This document shows, piece by piece, positions 59,401-64,000 of a stretch of DNA of 64,000 nucleotides. Each line of letters starts with the position of its first letter. Positions within the stretch are counted from its first letter, which is position 1. Origin of the DNA: Heterodontus francisci (Eukaryota); assembly GCF_036365525.1 (NCBI RefSeq), contig NC_090402.1, forward strand, positions 7,295,001-7,359,000, in the 5' to 3' direction. Position numbers and translations under genes: made by a program. A model generated the notes under the pieces. That model did no database searches. It was not told the origin of the DNA and saw only the letters and a list, made by a program, of their open reading frames with translations.

Positions 59401-60546
59401 GGGTGCTCCGGTTTCCTCCCACATGCCAAAGACTTGCAGGTTGATAGGTTAATTGGCCATTATAAATTGCCCCTAGTATAGGTGGGTGGTAGGGAAATAT
59501 AGGGACAGGTGGGGATGTGGTAGGAATATGGGATTAGTGCAGGATTAGTATAAATGGGTGGTTGATGGTCGGCACAGACTCGGTGGGCCGAAGGGCCTGT
59601 TTCAGTGCTGTATCTCTAAAATAAAACTGAGACAAAAGTGGGACCCAAGAGCCAAGTTGGGACCCTAAACAACATGTCCAAATAGGAAAAAAATCAGATG
59701 ACATCTTTTATATTTGAATGAATATTTCAAACTATTTGGGTGTCAATATTGTGTTAAAAGGTCACACACGAATGCACCCCAAATATCAAAAAAATGCACT
59801 CACAGTCCAACTCATCTCTGCTCAGATACATCATGTGTAGCAAACATGTCATCACAAAATGGGATAATCAGAGTTCCATTTCCCACCAATCCAGCAAATA
59901 ACCTCAATTTGAAAATTCGCATCCATGTGTTTAAATCCCTCCACATCCTTGGCCCTCACGATCCCTGTAACCTCCTCCAGCCTTTCCAAGATCTCTGCGC
60001 ATCTCCAGTTCTGGCCTCATTCATTACCCGATTTTCTTTGCTCTACCACTAATGCCCGTGCTTTCAGCCACCAAGGGCCTAAGATCTGGAATTCTGTCCC
60101 CAAACCTCTCTGCCCTTCTCTCCTCCTTTAAGATGCTGATCAAAAATTATATCTTTGACCAAGCTTTTCGTTTATCCTAGTACCTCCTTCTGCGGCTGGG
60201 TGTCAAATTCCATTTGATAACGCTCCTGTGAAGTGCCCTGGGATGTTTTAGTATATTAAAAGTATTATATAAATGCAAGATGTTGTTGAGATCTTTAAGC
60301 TGACTCTTCTCTCAAGCATGAGGACAGCCATTCAGAAACAAAATATAAACAAATGTTTTTTTTTTTTACTTTTAATTTCCCCTGTATTCCACTATGGAAA
60401 CAAGTGAAAAGCCTAGAAAAAGCTTAGTGTACCTCTTCCACTTTCTGCTTGTGCTCTGGCGACTTCATGTGCTCCACAAACTTGCGGGGGGTTTTGAAGT
60501 GTCGGCTGCAGACAGTGCAGAAAGGCCGCAGAGAGTACTTAGCAAG
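43737..60546 (-). CDS. CIZ1: CDKN1A-interacting zinc finger protein 1, 3' part (5 exons; 5' exons lie beyond the window)
   Basis: Exons 60546-60433, 55508-55338, 52766-52715, 48874-48753, 44483-43737, all GT-AG and phase-consistent. Motifs LRPFCTVCSRHFKTPRKFVEHMKS, ITVDAVGCF and a matrin-type finger. Syntenic with BBLN. Confidence 0.93.
43975..44037 (-). repeat. Perfect 30-bp in-frame tandem duplication (EAADNDQDGN x2)
   Basis: 43975-44004 is identical to 44005-44034. Confidence 0.95.
46344..46561. mobile_element. Penelope-like inverted pair with a central hammerhead-like motif and 13-bp TSD
   Basis: Arms about 46390-46451 and 46489-46549. CTGATGA...GAAATGTTAACT at 46454-46486. Flanks ttcctgtctttct and ttcctgcctttct. 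Confidence 0.75.
48753..48874 (-). CDS. CIZ1: CIZ1 exon, matrin-type zinc finger
   Basis: QEFVIPVTGFLCKLCHKFY...HCKSLMHFQNFQ, gttaga donor. Confidence 0.95.
49600..50050 (+). mobile_element. CR1 3' fragment
   Basis: GDLIQVFK...FFTQRVV followed by a CR1 3'UTR. Confidence 0.8.
52715..52766 (-). CDS. CIZ1: CIZ1 small exon (absent from the ORF track)
   Basis: tttag acceptor, ALLSEFEKEPYDAEAVY-G, gtgagt donor. Supplies the phase 0 to phase 1 change the next exon needs. Confidence 0.88.
52926..53270 (-). mobile_element. V-SINE (HE1-like) with (ctaaa)n tail
   Basis: Reverse complement of the 37606 copy. Confidence 0.85.
54275..55200. promoter_or_regulatory. Intronic CpG/GC-rich island with promoter-type motifs
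   Basis: CTCF-like ccactaggtggtgc 54275-54288, YY1 aagatggcg 54366-54374, NRF1 gcgcatgcgc 54476-54485 and a near copy at 55081, ggaagtg sites. Confidence 0.45.
55338..55508 (-). CDS. CIZ1: CIZ1 exon, acidic domain
   Basis: tttcag acceptor, VKLQ...ITVDAVGCFDEDDEE...DSQQ, gtttgt donor. Confidence 0.9.
55701..56139. mobile_element. PIF/Harbinger-like MITE
   Basis: Termini ggaatggatttt...aaaatccagccc (10/12 inverted match), flanked by tgc on both sides. Confidence 0.55.
57070..57650 (-). mobile_element. L2 LINE reverse transcriptase remnant
   Basis: Minus frame reads YILPLGDVIQKHGIGLLMYADD near 57450-57515. Confidence 0.75.
58235..58700 (+). mobile_element. CR1 3' fragment
   Basis: RRLRGDLIKVFKI coding remnant and a cctactcct tail. 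Confidence 0.8.
59286..59627 (+). mobile_element. V-SINE (HE1-like) inserted into an older SINE
   Basis: Near-identical to the 37606 and 52926 copies; flanks ctgaaaca and ctgagaca. Confidence 0.85.
60433..60546 (-). CDS. CIZ1: CIZ1 exon, C2H2 zinc finger
   Basis: caccag acceptor, LAKYSLRPFCTVC...HKQKVEE, gtacac donor. Confidence 0.93.
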
Positions 60547-63500
60547 CTGGTGAGAAACAGAGAACATAAATGACACAGCAACAGCATGGGGTGGGATTGG
60601 GCCAGTGATCTCCAACTGGCCCATTCTCAAAAAATAAGGACCAGCTGAATCTAGTCCATAGTACACAGTGTAGGGCTTTGAAATGGCTGCATGTTTCTCA
60701 GGTATTGTGTGATTCCATACACAGCTCACCAGAAAGAGCTGCACACCTCTTCTGTTAGTAAGAACAAAGATGACAGGGGACATTAATGTAGAGCCGATGG
60801 TATTGGGCCAGCAGCCCATTGGTATTGAGCTCAAATCCCTCCATGACAAATATTAAAAATGAACTTGAGGTCATTTTTCTGGTTTTGGCCCACACCAGCT
60901 GGGTTTTATGACTAAGAACCTAATGACAAAGCTTCAGCATGGCTCACTGAAGTCTAGTGAAAGGGAGTCCGCTAATCCCTATCTGGTCAGACATATACAT
61001 GATTCCAGTGCCACACGACATGGTTCACTTGCCCACACTGCATGATTCTGAAGTTGCTTAGCAAGCTGCTCATTTGTAAAAGGCAATTATTACAAAAGGC
61101 GGCCCAACACTACTCAACAATAAATGCTCTTCTATCCTGAGTTTAATAATTGGGATAGCTGGCTGGGGTACGAGTGCCAATAACAAATGGAACAGCAGGG
61201 TATCAACTATGTTTAGCAGCCTTACTGTTTTTGTTCTGGCTTTCGAAATAAAGCAACTTTATATCAAACCCATTTCTTGTTCCTCTCTATGACATTTTTC
61301 GATATTTACATAGAATGATACAGCACAGAAAATGGCCATTCAGCCCATCGTGCTTGCGCTGGCTCTTTGTAAGAGCTATCCAATTAGTTCCACTCCCCCC
61401 ACTTTTCCCATGGAACTGCAAATTTTTCCTTTTCAAGTATTTATCCAATTCTATTTTGAAAGTTACTACGGGATCTTCTTCCCCTAATCCTTCAGGGAAT
61501 ACCATAGTATCCAAATCTCCTGAAAAAAATCCAAATGGTTCCTTTAAAGGGAGCTGTATTTAAATAAATTGAATGTCTTTCTAATATTCCAAAGGGCATA
61601 TTTAATTTAAAAAAACAAACACTGGTGCAAGTAAACCCTAAACACAACTTGCTAGTTGGAATGTTAGGACTCAAATCATAGTCACATCAGCTGGTGATGG
61701 CAACAAGCACCAAAACAATTTTTATATATCACCTTTAAAGTAGCAAAATGCCCACAGAGCTGGGAACCAAGTAAGAGGGAAAACAGGAGGTGGTCAACGG
61801 TACTGTTGAAGAGATAAATTTTACAGTGGGGAGCCAGGTAGTAAAAGAAAACATTTAGGGAAGGAGTTCAAGAGTGTGCGGCAAGATGGCTGAGGACCCT
61901 GACACTGATTGCAGAGCAGAATGCACAGCAGGTTGGAGTTGGAAGATGCAGACAGGTAGAGATGGAACGGCTGCAAAGTAAGGAGGACAAAGTAATGGGG
62001 GGTGAATGAGAATAAGAATGTGGATTTTATGTCAAATGGTGGGGTGGGCAGCCAATAGAAATCAGCACACAAGAGGGTGTTAGGCAAGTGGTATTTTATG
62101 TCAGTGGGAGAGATCTGGATGACTTGAGCTATATAGCTTGTAACTCGAGGCAAGCAAGGTGGTTTTTGGAAAAGTCAAGTCTGGAAGATGGTGTGGATGA
62201 GGCAGGTAAGACAAGGTTTTAGAAGTGGAGGTTGGAAGTATTAATGATGCATTGTATGTGGAGTTTAAAGTTCAGCTCAGGGTTGAGCAGGATTCAGTTC
62301 GAGGGGACAGTTATAGAGGTCAAGGGGATTGGGAGTTAGGGTGTCGAGGTTTTGGCAGGGGCTGAACAAGATGACTTTGGTCTTACCAATATCCAGCTGC
62401 AAACAAAAAAACAAATTCAATCATCAAAAAAAGACATATCCTTAAATTCCCCATCCAATGCTACTGTGAGTGCACTAGTACAAGGATTGCAGCAGCGCAA
62501 GGAGAAAGCTCATCACCACCTTCTTTGGGCAGCTCGGGATGGACAATAGATTCGGCCTTGCCAAGGACACCCACATCCCAAGAACAAGCCAAAAAAAAGC
62601 TTATAGATGTTAACTTCACTTCCCTTTAACAGGGACTAGGCTGCAGCTTTAACCCTTTGTTACATAAAGGGTATCTGTTCTTGAAATATTTTGACCAATT
62701 ATGTCACTTTGTTAGTTTCTTTCTGCATAGTTCTGCAGAAGCATTGCAAACAAGTTTAGATTAGGAAGGAGCAAAATGATCATCCACATTTAATGTGCAG
62801 AATCAATTACTTGTGCAAAGGAAAGTGGGCAAGAGCTATAACCCCCTCGAAGCAGTGCTGGAGGGGACTAATGCTGCATTTACAGTTTCTGTAAAGAATG
62901 CTCTATTCTCAATCGTTTAATACTGTAATATTAAATCATCTCACTCAGGTTTCTTCAGTAATGCATATTATTGCTTATATTTGAACTGCATTGATAGCAA
63001 TTGGTATTGTTTTGTGATTATACTTATGTCCCACACGGTCAAACCAAAAATATCAGACTTCACATCCTTCATTGGAAAGATGCAAATGGAGTGCACTGAA
63101 GTTGACTTTCTGAAACCCTCACCATGCCTTAGTTACCTCTAGACTCGACTATTCCAACATACTCCTGGCCAGCCTCCCATCTTCAACCCTCCACAAACTT
63201 TTCCTGCGATCTCCTCCAGCCCCAAAACCTTTCACAATCTCTGTTCCTCCAATTCTGGCCTCTTGCGCACCCCCAATTTTAATTGCTCCACCACTGGCGG
63301 CTGTGCTTTCAGCTGCAGAGGTCCTATGCTCTGGAATTCCCTCCCTGCACCTCTCCGCCTCTCAACCTATCACAATGCCAGCTGTTATCAAATTCTCATT
63401 TAACCACTTTTTCTGTCATGTAGGCACAGCCCGAGCACCAAGAACATTTAGGGCCAATCCAACTCCCTGCACAACCACCCCCAACTCCATTAACAGGCCC

Positions 63501-64000
63501 ATAGAATGCTTATACACTGCATTAATAACAGAGCATATCATATTGCAATATATTACATCCATACCGCTTAAAGAGTGTGCTCGTGTGAACGCGAGTTGCC
63601 CACGAAACATGATGGGTGGTCTAAAATGGCACGTGTTACAGTAATCAACAAGTATGTTGCAGATCAGCACGGAATAAACTAAAAAAACTGTATGCGATGC
63701 AACTAGCTTTATTTAAACTACAGTAAATGCTTAGTACAAACTGTAACCCCACACCACTTGGACGGGATTAGAAGGCCTAAGTACACAAAAGGGAATTGAA
63801 CATTACCGAGGTGTTCTTTACTTCTGTTTGTTTTTACATTCAGTGCGGCTTAACAAGACATGAACTAGAGTAAACACATCTGTTTCTTTCTGAAATAAAT
63901 GGAGCAGCTAAAGATGCTGTAACCTGCAACTTTGACAATGACATTGGTGCAAATCATTAATAGTTATGACTTTTTGGCCAATAAAGCGACTGCTGTTTTA

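Overview
This is vertebrate genomic DNA, most likely from a cartilaginous fish (shark), judged from HE1-like V-SINEs, Deu-domain SINEs and abundant CR1/L2 LINEs. It is not prokaryotic, and most ORFs in the track are repeat debris or shadow frames. Three spliced genes were rebuilt by hand with GT-AG junctions and matching phases: complete PTGES2 (minus, 7 coding exons, 381 aa), complete BBLN/C9orf16 (plus, 2 coding exons, 86 aa) head-to-head with it, and the last five coding exons of CIZ1 (minus). The order matches human 9q34.11 but LCN2 is absent. A CpG-island promoter near 16.2 kb appears to drive a fourth, unidentified minus-strand gene; candidate exons (16177-16179, 9288-9333, 26-288) join into a 103-aa ORF that is followed in frame by a strong-context ATG at position 10. 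Mobile DNA includes a decayed full-length CR1, CR1/L2/RTE fragments, a probable solo LTR, hAT- and Harbinger-like MITEs, and a recurrent Penelope-like short element. That element carries a minimal hammerhead-ribozyme motif and often inserts as an inverted pair, including a 219-bp-arm palindrome. Family names come from motif recognition, not database searches, and repeat boundaries are approximate.
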